Shown in pieces: positions 32,169 through 43,202 of a stretch of 64,000 bases of DNA. A program made the translations under genes and the position numbers. Location: contig CAWALK010000018.1 in assembly GCA_963782915.1 (NCBI GenBank), forward strand, positions 32,001 to 96,000, written 5' to 3'. The DNA comes from an uncultured archaeon (lineage in GTDB: Archaea > Thermoproteota > Bathyarchaeia > Bathyarchaeales > Bathycorpusculaceae). Within the stretch, counting starts at the first letter, position 1. The number at the start of each line of letters is the position of its first letter. Below the pieces are notes generated by a model, which had not been told where the DNA came from, made no database searches, and saw only the letters and a program-made list of their open reading frames with translations.

Positions 32169-33162
32169 TTATAGAACCATACTGTTTTTATAAGCTTTGG
32201 AAATCGCCTCCAAATCACGCAGCCCATCCAACCCAGTTGGTGAAGGAGCAACATCGTTTAGTAAGCAATTTGTAAAGTACTGTAACTCGTCAAAGTGCGG
32301 TTGAGTAAAAGAAGTCATCCCTTTTCTGAGCATCTGATAGAGGTTCTTCATCGTCGGCGGGGGCATATGCTGAACCGAGGCACTACGCACAGTTCCCAAC
32401 AGATCCAACTTGAGAAGATACTCCTGAGAATACCAACCCACATTTATAGCTGCTAAGGTGCCTGAACTGAAGCGGGCAAGGCACATGGCTGAATCCTCAA
32501 AATCCATGTTGCAGCGGTGACCAAACTGCCCCTTAATATCAGTGATCTTCGCCGAAGAGCATGCGCATGAGATTGATGATGTGGCAGCCTAAATCGACGA
32601 AGACTCCGCCGCCGGTTAATTGCGTGTTAAACCACCAGTCAGGAACAGGAGCAGGCGAGTGCCCATCGGCACGGTGAACAAAGGGACCTGCGCAGATGTA
32701 GGTTGCATGAGCATTTTCTACGTCGCCCAGTAATCCATCGGCCATGTCCTGTTTGAGCTTGAGGAAATGTGGGTTGAACCGCATCGGATACCCCATCATC
32801 AACTTAACCGAGTTCCGCTCTGCGGAGGAGATTACTTCTTTTGCGTCTTCAACGGTGACGGCGATGGGTTTCTCCAAAAAAATGTGCTTCCCAGCTTCAG
32901 CGGCGTCCCTTGCGCATTTGAGGTGCAGATGAGTCGGCAACGCAACCAACACTGCATCCACTTCCGGATTCTTGAGCAGTTCCATGTAGTCAGTGTAAGT
33001 GTTCTTTACTCCAGCCTCTTTGGCATGTTCCAACGCTGGCTTCGCAGTATCCGCAACAGCCACCACTTGCGCGTCTGAGAGCATAAGCGCATGTTTAAGG
33101 TGCAACTGGCCGATGCCGCCTATACCGATTAAACCTAACTTTACAGTTTTCATTGCAGACAC
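32169..33162 (-). CDS. Gfo/Idh/MocA oxidoreductase (frameshifted)
   Basis: GLIGIGGIG, HIFLEKP, GGGVFVDLGCH. Confidence 0.88.
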
Positions 33163-33164
33163 CT

Positions 33165-34069
33165 CTATTCCAGCCCCAACCGCTTACCCAACCCAACAAC
33201 ACGTAAAATCCGCTTCAACTGAGCCTTAACCTTCATTTTAGAGGTAACCTTCGGATACAGCGCTCGGAAATCTTCAAGCCGCTCGCCCCGGGCAACATAA
33301 GCTCTGCTGCCGACGCCTTCCCGCTCAGCCACCCCAAAATACGGAATTTTATCGGGGTTTAACCAAGCAATTTTGGCTGCGGCAACATCGATAGCGACGG
33401 GGTCAACACTTGCCATCACCAAACCCAGCTTCCGCGGCTGAACACCTGCGGCGATGTTGCTGTCGATTAAGCAGAGGTCAAAAGGCATAACTTTGTTCAA
33501 TGCAACGATAACGTTGCCTAGGTCAGGGTGGTACTTGAATTTCTTCTGGTATGGGTTGCAGCCGAAGATGTTTTTGAGTGCACAGGTGAGTTTGATGGGG
33601 TCTACGGTGTATTTTATGTGCGCTATGTTAATTCTGTAGGTCTGCGTCTGATGATGATTTTGGGAACAAGGAAGTTGTAGGTGCCGCCGTTGCAGGAGAC
33701 TTCTGTGTTGCTGCTTTGGTCCTCCGAGAGGTTAACGAGGCGCACATTTTTTTCTTGGGCGAGTTTTTCGTAGCCAAGCATGCGGAATGAGTATTTGCAG
33801 CGCATGGCCGAAGCGTCGGATTCAACGATGGCTATGTCTATGTCGGGGCTGGTTTGTTGGCGAATTAAATCGATTAATTCCCCGACAAACTGGGGCGTGG
33901 TAGTTTGGCCTGTGGTGCAATCCCAGTAATAGCACAGATTGGGTTTAATGACTACTTTTTTGATGTTTGGGTTAAATTTGTAATCGATTAAATTCAGCGA
34001 TTGGGTTATCGCTTGTTTATACTGGAAATCGGTGTCTTGTGGTATCTTGACAAAACTGACTAAACTCAT
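33165..34069 (-). CDS. DUF362 protein (frameshifted)
   Basis: VVIKPNLC, TTP, TCALKNIFGC in the alternate frame, DPVAID. Confidence 0.82.
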
Positions 34070-34135
34070 CTGGTAAAACTCCTAAAAACCGCTATCTGCT
34101 ACGAATTGGCGGCGCAAAACAACTGGTTGCTTACT

Positions 34136-34920
34136 CTACTGTTTGGTTAACGCTATATTAAAATGTCTAGATGCCACACCAGGCGAGTACCCAAAATGAG
34201 AAACCCTAAACCCAGCTTCATCAAGCACGCCCAGCAACTCTTTTTTGGTATAAACGTAGACATGATCGTTTACTATGGGCAAATCTTTGGATGGCAGGGG
34301 CAAATCGTTTAGGTTCTGATAGTACTTTGTCATCCGTCCCCATTGTGCCGCATCAGGTGTACTCAAATAGAATGTTCCATCGTCGGAGAGCAATCCACGG
34401 ATTTTTCTAAGAGTGGGTAGCGGATGGAAATTGAAGTGCTCCAAAACTTCAGTCAAGAGGATGACATCAAATTTTTTGTTCCAAGGAATATTTTCTAATT
34501 CGATATTATTTATTGCGAAATTAAAAGCGTTTTTCTTGGATAGCGTGAGTGGGCTTGCGTAGTCGGCGATGAAATCAGTGGCGTATACATCGCAATTGAG
34601 CAAGCGTTTGGTGTATAATCCGAGTGTGCCAAAGCCGCAGCCAATATCAAGACACGCCTCAACACTTGCGCCCTTGGTGTATCTTTTATTATCCAACTTG
34701 GAATATTTGACCAAAACAGAACCTCCATAGCCCGATATTCTTCCGCATAGTGGGGGTGGGGATTCATTTTGGCGATTTCGTCTTGACACTCTTTTACTCG
34801 GCGCATCCAAGAACTGCGCGAACGCCGTGACATGGTTATGCCACGCATTACTCGCCTGTACTTGAAGCGGCCGCCTTCCAGTGTTCTTCTAAACAATAGA
34901 AAACCTCCGTTTTCTCCCAA
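34136..34920 (-). CDS. Class I SAM-dependent methyltransferase (frameshifted 5' part)
   Basis: LDIGCGFG, FDVILLTEVLEH, STP. Confidence 0.82.
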
Positions 34921-35040
34921 AAAACTCGATTTTTTTAGGGGTAAACTGCAAAAGCCATAAGCGCTTACCCGAGTCTCTATTTATTAGGTAACGCTTTCTC
35001 ACTTAAAAAATTAACTCTCGATACCCCTTCTTGGTTCAAC

Positions 35041-36000
35041 TCAGGCATGGACGGAAAAATTCGATAGAAACAGAAGCATCCGTTTGTAGTAACTCTCCAT
35101 TGTCCGACCAGCAAATCCTTCCCCATTCGTCAAAGCAAGAATAAAATAGAGCAGACTATGCGCACGAAACGGTTCAACACGAAGCGCCTTAAAATAGAAA
35201 TGTTTCGCTAAATCTTTCTCGCCAAGACCAGCATAAGCATGCCCCATCTTGTAGTAGATGTCAGCCATAGAGGCAGTGGAAATCTCGTTCTTGTAAGTTT
35301 GAAGAAGGGTATTGCGCAATGCTATGCGTTCCTTATACCATAATTCAGGGTTTTTTGAGGTAGTATTCTGTCCATGTACCCGATACTTCGCTAATGATTC
35401 GGGCATAAAGAGGAAATCATGTTTTCTTGCTAAGTCAATAAAGAACAGGTGATCGTTAACGTATCGGAATTCTTCGTTAAAGGCTATTTCTTGTGCATAT
35501 TCAGTTTTAAGCAGGGTGCTTTGTCCAAAAATGAAGTCCTCGGCCAATAACTCTTGGAAGAGGTTGCCGCTCTTTTTGGGGGGAGACCCCATTACTTGAG
35601 TCACTACCTGACCAGTTAAAGCTCCGTAGCTATCGATTATTTGTCCATCAGACCAGAGGATTTTGTCTTCATTGCATCTCATCAAATCGAGTTGGCGTTC
35701 CAGTTTATGCGGATACCAAACATCATCCGAGCCAATGAAGCTAAGGTATCGGCCTTTTGCTTCTTTTAAGCAGTCATTTGCGGTTCTGGCAATACCCATG
35801 TTTTTCTCATGGAAAAACGCCCGCACTCTTGGGTCCTTGGTTTGGTATTGCTCGATTATTTTTCTTGAATTATCAGTTGAGCCATCATCAACAATTACAA
35901 GTTCAAGATCCCGAAAAGTCTGGCCAAGTACACTTTCGATGGCTTCTGAAACATACCTCTCATGGTTATATGAACCCATGATAACAGTCACTAAAACCAT
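35041..36000 (-). CDS. GT2 glycosyltransferase with C-terminal TPR-like helices
   Basis: VDDGSTD, SDD, KLERQ, YRVHGQN. Confidence 0.9.
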   Translation of the reverse strand: MVLVTVIMGSYNHERYVSEAIESVLGQTFRDLELVIVDDGSTDNSRKIIEQYQTKDPRVRAFFHEKNMGIARTANDCLKEAKGRYLSFIGSDDVWYPHKLERQLDLMRCNEDKILWSDGQIIDSYGALTGQVVTQVMGSPPKKSGNLFQELLAEDFIFGQSTLLKTEYAQEIAFNEEFRYVNDHLFFIDLARKHDFLFMPESLAKYRVHGQNTTSKNPELWYKERIALRNTLLQTYKNEISTASMADIYYKMGHAYAGLGEKDLAKHFYFKALRVEPFRAHSLLYFILALTNGEGFAGRTMESYYKRMLLFLSNFSVHA

Positions 36001-36076
36001 TGTTATACCGCCAAAAACTTCCCGAAAAATCCGATTACCTATGGCTATTACGCCATATTACATATTTGTTTAGAGT

Positions 36077-37054
36077 TTAAAGAACTATTTGGTAAGAGTC
36101 ATACACGACGGCGCTTGCGCTAAAGTCTTCTTTGCGCTTAATTAATCCCAAGTTTAGGATTTGCCCACGATTTTCGGTGGAGATTCCAAAATCAAAGTAT
36201 CGTTTGCCCTTATAGTATTCGTTGATCAGGTAGTCTTCGATTATGTCTTGTGCACCCAGCGTCCAGCCTTCCTTCGAATTGGCGGCATACTGCATATGAG
36301 CAACATTTTTGCTCTCATACATTATAATGCCAGCAAGCATCAAGTCATCTTTGAACGACCCAAACAATTTAATGTTAGCTGGAAACCTTCCCGCCAAGAG
36401 CTTCATTTCTTCGGCAGTATGCACAGGTTTTACTGCATGACGTTCGACTAGGGTTTCTTCTTCAATTCTCATGAAGGTCTCGAAATCCAAGCTTTCTTTT
36501 ACCTGCAGATTATTTCGTTTTGCTTTTCGGATGTTATCGTTTCGGCTACGGTCAAACTTTTTTGCCTCAGAAAGGGAGATACATGAGGAAACATTTCGGG
36601 CTACCAATTTAGCGTTATAGACGAACAATGCATAGAGGTCTTCGTCTGCGGGAACTGTCTGGTAAATGTATGGTATGGGTTTGTACACAATTTCCTTTAT
36701 GCCCTGTGCTCGACAGTGTTCGATGAGCATTTGGAACATGTTTAGCATTAGGGGAGTTTTCATTGTGTAATCTGAGATAAATGCGCCAAATGTTAAGCCG
36801 CCGTGACTGTACAAGTTGCCGCTTGAAATGTTAGCGGGCAACAAAGCGACCAACCGTCCCTTATTGAAGAATAGCAGGGAGTGGTCTGTGAAGCGGTCTG
36901 AATGGTATTCCATGTAGTCGCGGTAGAATAGAAATACGCCGTTCTTGGCGGTGGAAACAAAATTGTCCCATGTTGACTTGTATTCAGGCTTGTAAAGGCA
37001 AAAACTCATGGTATCATGGTTTTGGCGCTGAATAGGGCACTCTTGTGAAATCAT
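36077..37054 (-). CDS. GNAT/FemAB-like acyltransferase
   Basis: WDNFV..NGVFLFYRDYMEYHSDRF, SHGGLTFG, YFDFGISTE. Confidence 0.82.
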   Translation of the reverse strand: MISQECPIQRQNHDTMSFCLYKPEYKSTWDNFVSTAKNGVFLFYRDYMEYHSDRFTDHSLLFFNKGRLVALLPANISSGNLYSHGGLTFGAFISDYTMKTPLMLNMFQMLIEHCRAQGIKEIVYKPIPYIYQTVPADEDLYALFVYNAKLVARNVSSCISLSEAKKFDRSRNDNIRKAKRNNLQVKESLDFETFMRIEEETLVERHAVKPVHTAEEMKLLAGRFPANIKLFGSFKDDLMLAGIIMYESKNVAHMQYAANSKEGWTLGAQDIIEDYLINEYYKGKRYFDFGISTENRGQILNLGLIKRKEDFSASAVVYDSYQIVL

Positions 37055-37741
37055 ATTTTTTCTACACCTAAAATAAAGTTTTCAACGCCTTTGTTTGGCA
37101 ACGGTTTTGCGGGGTTACCAACGTAAACGTGACCTTCAGCGGTGTCTCGGACTACAACCGCACCTGCCCCAACAATACAGTCCCGTGCAATTTTGATGCA
37201 ATCCACAGTGCAACTGTTGACGCCCAAAAAACAGTTCTCGCCGACTTCGCAGAAACCAGAAACCGCAACATGAGAAGCCACAAAAACATTGTCCTTAACA
37301 GTGGATTGATGGGCGATTGAGCTTCCGCTCCAAATGATCACGTTGTCGCCGATTTTGGCGCTGCGTTGGATAGTTACGTTTTCTAGGATGAAGCAGTTTT
37401 CGCCGATTTCCACGTCTGGGACTAATGGTTGCTTGTGGGCTGATGTATGAGCAGAAATGGTATCCTTTGGCTTTGGCTAGATTGAAGAGGCGGGTTCTTA
37501 ATCGGTTAAATTGGGTATAAGATACTGCTACAAAAGCTGTAACTTTTTGTGGGTCAAAGATGTGCTCGAGTTCTTCAAAGGCAACTACAGGCAACCCCAG
37601 AAGCGTTCTATGCCGCATAAAGGCTTGCTCGGCGCTAAAACCAACTACCGTATACTTGTTGTCGCGTACGAAGTAGTCATGTGCCAATTCAGCTGTTTCG
37701 CCGTCACCGATGATTACCAGTTCCGGCTTATCGGAAGCCAT
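37051..37741 (-). CDS. NeuD/PglD-like hexapeptide acetyltransferase (frameshifted)
   Basis: LVIIGDGETA, IGENCFI hexapeptide repeats, GAGAVV, GNPA. Confidence 0.85.
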
Positions 37742-38162
37742 TTCCAACCCACGTTTTGAAGGAATCGTAGTTTCTAATGTAATCTGACTCGTCATATACT
37801 TCGGAGACAAGTGAAAGCGCTACGGAGTTTGAGGAAAAGTTTTCGAGTTCCCTCCAAACTTTTGGGGGGATGTATAAGCCATAGTGGGGTCTGTTGAGGA
37901 AAAACTTGCGTCTTTGGACACCGTCGTCTAGGATTATGTCGAAGCTGCCGCTTAGGGCGATGACGAGTTGCTGCAGATTTTTGTGTGCATGTCCGCCGCG
38001 TGTGGCGCCGCTGGGTACATCATAGAGGTAATAGACACGTTTGATTTTGAAGGGTATTTGGCGGTTCTCTTCTATGAAGGAGAGGTTTCCTCTGTAATCG
38101 GTTACTTTTGGAAAATTGACTATTTTGCATTCGTCTAAAACACTACATTCTTGAGCTAACAA
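37728..38162 (-). CDS. fdtA: FdtA/QdtA-type dTDP-sugar 3,4-ketoisomerase (cupin)
   Basis: DYRGNLSFIE, IKRVYYLYDVP, RGGHAHK, YDESDYIR. Confidence 0.88.
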   Translation of the reverse strand: MLAQECSVLDECKIVNFPKVTDYRGNLSFIEENRQIPFKIKRVYYLYDVPSGATRGGHAHKNLQQLVIALSGSFDIILDDGVQRRKFFLNRPHYGLYIPPKVWRELENFSSNSVALSLVSEVYDESDYIRNYDSFKTWVGNGFR

Positions 38163-38281
38163 AAAAATCCTTCCAATTATTTAGCAAAAAAAGTACGAGT
38201 ATTACTACTCGAAATTTAGAGGGAGTTATCACTTAAAAAAGGGGAAAATGATAAAAAATTAAACTAAAATAGAAATCAAAA

Positions 38282-38723
38282 TTAAGCATTGCTGTAAAGG
38301 TTGCTGTCCAAGCTGGAATAACTCCAGCAGCGGCAGTGCTTGATACAGTTAGGACTACGTTAACAGTTGCATCAGAATTAGGCAGCTATAGGCGGTATTG
38401 TTGATAGAGTTATTGTGCCATAAGTCGATGATAGAGTAGAGGTTATGCCAGGTGTAATTTGAGCATTCACGTCATTGTGTATTGTGACTGATTTGGTGTA
38501 TGTTTGCCCTGGAGCCACATTGCCCCAATCAATTGTGATAGATTCGCCACTCATGTAAGTAGTTGCCATCATAGGTTACTGTAACTGCTCCCTGCTGGTG
38601 CAACGTTTCCTATGCCATGGAAAAGATAGACGTATATGATACTGCGGCAGAAATAACCATTATAGTCGAAAACGCTATAATGGTTGCTAATGATTAAGAG
38701 ACTTTTCTTTCTCGTTTTTTCAC
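38282..38723 (-). CDS. Small secreted beta-sandwich protein (multiple frameshifts)
   Basis: GGAG RBS, basic + hydrophobic N-terminus, IDWGNVAPGQTYTKSVTIHN. Confidence 0.5.
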
Positions 38724-38750
38724 CTCCATATAAAAATAATTTACTTTAAA

Positions 38751-41700
38751 TTATTGCTACCTGTGAAAGGTAACTTGGATTTCTGAGGATATTCATGGTC
38801 AGGTTTGCTTTTCTCAGGCAAATTACCCGCCAAACCTCATATCAGCGCTCGAAACATCTGAAGCATTGGAACCAATGCCTCCGTCAACCTGACCCGAAAC
38901 GGGATCGGGCAGAACTGGAGCAACCGAATCATTGGCATCTGAGGAGACATCAACGGTTGAATTCTCAAAATTCAACTGAATAGGAAGCTTTTTCGTGAAG
39001 TACTCCATGGCCATGCTGCCAGCGCTGTATTCTGGGTATATTTTGGCGCCGTTTTGGTCGCCGCTATCTGTTTTTACGCTGTAGTACATTATGCCAGAGA
39101 CGAAGTTACTGGCAGAAGATGAACCCAAGTAGCCAGAGTAAACATTGAAACTTCGATAGAGGCTCCAGCTTTGTCCATTGTTAGTGCTTGTGTATATGCC
39201 TGCATTTCTGTTGCTTGCTTCGCCTGAGACGAAGCTCGCATAGATTTTTCCGTCGAGGCTATTTTGTCTAATCCAGAAACCGTAAGAATGGGAACCGGTA
39301 TCTAAAACGAGGTCATAGCTTGAGTCGTCGGTTGAGCGGTATATTTCCCGTTTATGTTTTGAGGAGTATCAGTGCCGAAGAGTCGTGCCCCAGGAACAGC
39401 TTCAATGGCCACTACTTGGGGCATATCGGAAAGTATTTCATTCCAACTGTTTAGGTTTCCACCATCAGTAGATCGGATAATATATGCAGTTTGCCAATCA
39501 CCATAGAGTGTCCCCTACTGATGCATAGATGTAACCGGTGGTTTTATCGACCGCTATATCATGGATATGCTTCCATATGGGTCATAGTAAACTTGATCCC
39601 AACTGGATCCATTGTTTATACTTCTGTAGATTCTTGCGTTGCCCGTTGTGGGACCTGTTGTGTAGACTCCTGCAAACAGGTTGCCGCTGGAATCTTCATC
39701 TATTGCCCAAATCGTGCAATCCTCAGGCAACGGCAAAACCTTTTCCCATGTTTGGCCCTCATTGAGGCTGCGCCAAAGTCCCAAATCGGTGGTTGCTGCG
39801 TCGGTGTAGGGAGAAGCAAAGACCTGGTCATACTTGTTAACGTAGATAGATGCGAGTTCAGATGCACCGTTGAAAGTTTTCAGTGACTGCCAATTTACGC
39901 CTTGATTTAGGCTTTTATAGAGTACTGAGCCGCTTCCGGCGTAGAGTGTACCGTCGCTTGCTATCCAACCAGCTTGGATTGCTTTGGATTGTTGTTTCTT
40001 GGTAGGTTGGTTCGCCGATTGTTGCTGTCATTGCCATATTTAGTGTGTAGATTACTGATCCGCTTGGGGTTGGCGTGGGGGTTGGGCTTGGTGTCGGCGT
40101 GGGAGAGGCTGTTGGTGTAGGGGTGGGTGTTGGTTCAACTTGGGTGTTATCAGTTACTGTCACGTCATCCACGTAAGCGATTAAGCCTGTGCTGACGCCC
40201 ATGTATGCGGCGTTAATGCCGACGTTAAAGTTATAATCAGATTTTGTCCAGGTTACGGATATGGATACTTTCGCTATGCCGTTAACGAAGAGATGTGCTT
40301 GAGAGTTTTCCTTGTCTAAAACCACTGTTATTCTGTAATCGGTTCCTATGGAGGGATTGCTGGGTATTGATTCAAAATGGTAGCTTCCGCTCGTCTGGTC
40401 CGACCAGTCCCCAGTAAAGGGCACCGTTTATATTTTTTATAACTCGGCATAAAGCACTTCTTGCGTATCTGCAGAGTAGAAACCGCCTAAAATGTACCCG
40501 TTCAGGGTCCCATGCAGGCAACATATTGACGTTCATGGTATAAGCTAAGACAAGTTTCTGTGAAATCGCCATATTCTGATAGACATATGAGGCTCCGTCT
40601 TGATTATTGACGGTGAATTTGGCGCTGTATGAACCGGTCACTGGATGCTCAGAATTGACTATCTTCGTTATGGTTCAAGTATCCGCCTTTTGCAGCCCAG
40701 AGGCTGAAATCTCCTGACTCGAATCCATCGCTAAAAAGAGTTGAGAGCTGGCGGCTGCTCTTCTGAAGGATAACTCAACTTGAAAGTTTGGGCTATACCA
40801 TCAGAATAGAACGCTGCACCCAAAGGATTTGACGTTAACATGTTAGTGTGATGCTGCGATTTGAGAATAGGGGTGGATTTTATTACATACCAGTTTATTC
40901 CGTCTTGGCTGGCTACTATCCTTGAGGTGCCATCAGAGAATTCTGCGGTGCTGCTAAAAACCATGGTATCGTTAACCCATACTCCAGATAATACGGGGAA
41001 GTTGCCGTCGGCTGGGAAAATCGTAAACGCGGTGGGGAGTAAAAAGCGAGTCTGAACCGTCATCGTATATGCGATCTATCCAGTTGCTGCGAGACGCCTG
41101 GTCTGTTCCCAAATATACGTAGTTGCCTTGGAATAATATTGGTAGATAGATTGTATCGCCATAATAGTCAATTGGGGGGGTTTTATCAATTATTACAGTC
41201 CAGGTTTCGCCAAGGTCTTTACTTCTAAACACGCGTTCGCATTCATCATTGTTAGCGTTTTGAGTCCATTCGCCGGTGGCTACGTAAAGGTAACCGTTTG
41301 CTGGGTTGAATTTGACATTGTGAAGATGAATAACGGCGAAGGTACGCAAAACAGTCCAGGAGGCGCCTCCGTCTGTGCTCTTAAGCACCGGCGGATTCGG
41401 TAGGCTACCACTGTATGTGGCTGCATAGAGGTTTCCAGCTGAATCTTCGGTTAAGCCGATGTAGAAACCATCATTTTGTGCGGCTCCACTATCTGATACT
41501 TCGGTGAAGGTAGCGCCAAAGTCGGTGCTGCGGTAGAGCCTGTTTGTACCGGGGATAGAAACAAAGATGCGGTCGTGTGAATCGATAAAGACTGTCCAAA
41601 CGTAGCCTGCTACAGTAGTGGCAGTGCTAGGTTGTGATGGAAAATTCTAAACCAATCTGAAACTTACGCCTCTATCATCACTGCGATAAAGGTTATAGCT

Positions 41701-41931
41701 CGTGTCTCCTGCAAAGAGTGTCCCGTTACCGGTAAATGCGGAACCGCACATTTGGCCCGGAAAACTCGGCAGAGGGGTTATTTGAATCTGGTCAGGGGTA
41801 TAGGCAGTGACTGATGAATTGAAGAAGAGCGTAGCGGATAAAAGAAAAATGATTGCGAACGTATAAAATGATTTTCGACCACGCAAAGAAGCAGAAAAAG
41901 TATTGGCAAACTTAAAACACATGAAAAACAA
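38751..41931 (-). CDS. Large secreted Asp-box (BNR) beta-propeller protein: two propeller regions, central beta-sandwich and PT linker (many frameshifts)
   Basis: Asp-boxes RSDDRGVSF, RSTDFGATF, KSTDGGASW, RSKDLGETW, RSLNEGQTW, RSINNGSSW, TSTNNGQSW; FSDGFESGDFS; PTPTPT. Confidence 0.7.
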
Positions 41932-42066
41932 CTCTTATGCAAGCGCTTGACCGCCTAAAAAGACAGCTCTTGCCTAAAGTTGCTTTCCTAAATCAGGTAT
42001 ATTTAGCTTACTGTTCTATAACATATCCCATATTTGTTATATATAAGCGCCAATTTTTTCCAGACA

Positions 42067-43177
42067 TTAGTGCTTTAGAAACGTTTTTTCGTATTGTTCT
42101 ACAGCAGAGGCGAACGATTCTGTATTTTGTTTAGAAGGAACTAGATAGTATGCTGTGGGCAGTTTGACTTTAACAAAATTTTCCTTCAACGCTTCAGGGG
42201 TAATCTTTGTTTTAGTCCAGTGACTGAGTCTATTCCGCCAAAGAAAGCGTAAGTTTCGAAGACTCCAAGCCAACGCAGCCAAGTTTCCCTGGACAACGGC
42301 AAAGTTTTTGCTTCCTAAACAAAAAATTGAGGTAGTTAAAATGTGGGTGATGTGAACCAGCGTAGCTTTTGCCAATTCAGTTTTGCTGCGGTAAATGTCG
42401 AATAGCAAAATAAATTTTGATTTTGTTAGGTGAAAAGTTGTGGATTTAATTGTCCAGCTGTTTGTGGCTCCGCCGAAATGTCGAATTCTTGAAGCTGAAA
42501 CCGTTACTACCCTTTTTTGTTGAAGCCTTGTTTTGAGTGAGAGCAACGTGTCATCGTAGAAGAACGGAATTTTAGCGTCAAACAGACCCAGCTCTTGGGC
42601 TATTTCTCGCCTGACTATCATGGATGCTCCAGAAGCAAACGATATTTCAAAAACAGGCTGGAGTGGAGTATTGTAGGGTTTGTTTGCGCACAGGGGGAAC
42701 TTGTGTATCAAAAAGTTGCTGAAGAGCCAGCCTGCTGTTTGGATTGTTTTGCCGTCTATGTTTAGGATTAGGCTTTGTGCTAAACCGATGGTTGAGTCAT
42801 TCTCCAAGGCATCGACTAAGATTGGTTAGCCAGTCGGGGGCAACGGTTGTGTCGTTGTTTAAAAAAACTATGTATTCGCCTTTGGAGTGTTGGAAGCCGA
42901 TGTTGTTGCCGCCGCTAAACCCCAAGTTTTCTTGGTTTTGTATGATCCGAAGCCTTGGATCAGAGCCATAATTCACTTTGGCGTTTTCGATGCTGCGGTC
43001 TGTTGAGGCATTATCAACCAATACAACTTCAAAGTTGGGATAATAATTCTCGAGGACTGTGTTGAGACAGTTTGAGAGGTAACCTTGGCCGTTAAAGTTC
43101 AATATTATGACTGAAACAAGCGGGTTAGCCTTTGACAAAAAGAGTTTAGCACTCCAAATACACCAAAACTTAACCAT
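42067..43177 (-). CDS. GT2 glycosyltransferase (frameshifted)
   Basis: VDNASTD, NLGFSGGNN, FLNNDT, SGASM. Confidence 0.88.
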
Positions 43178-43202
43178 TAATTAACATGAGTGAAGGTTAG
43201 AT

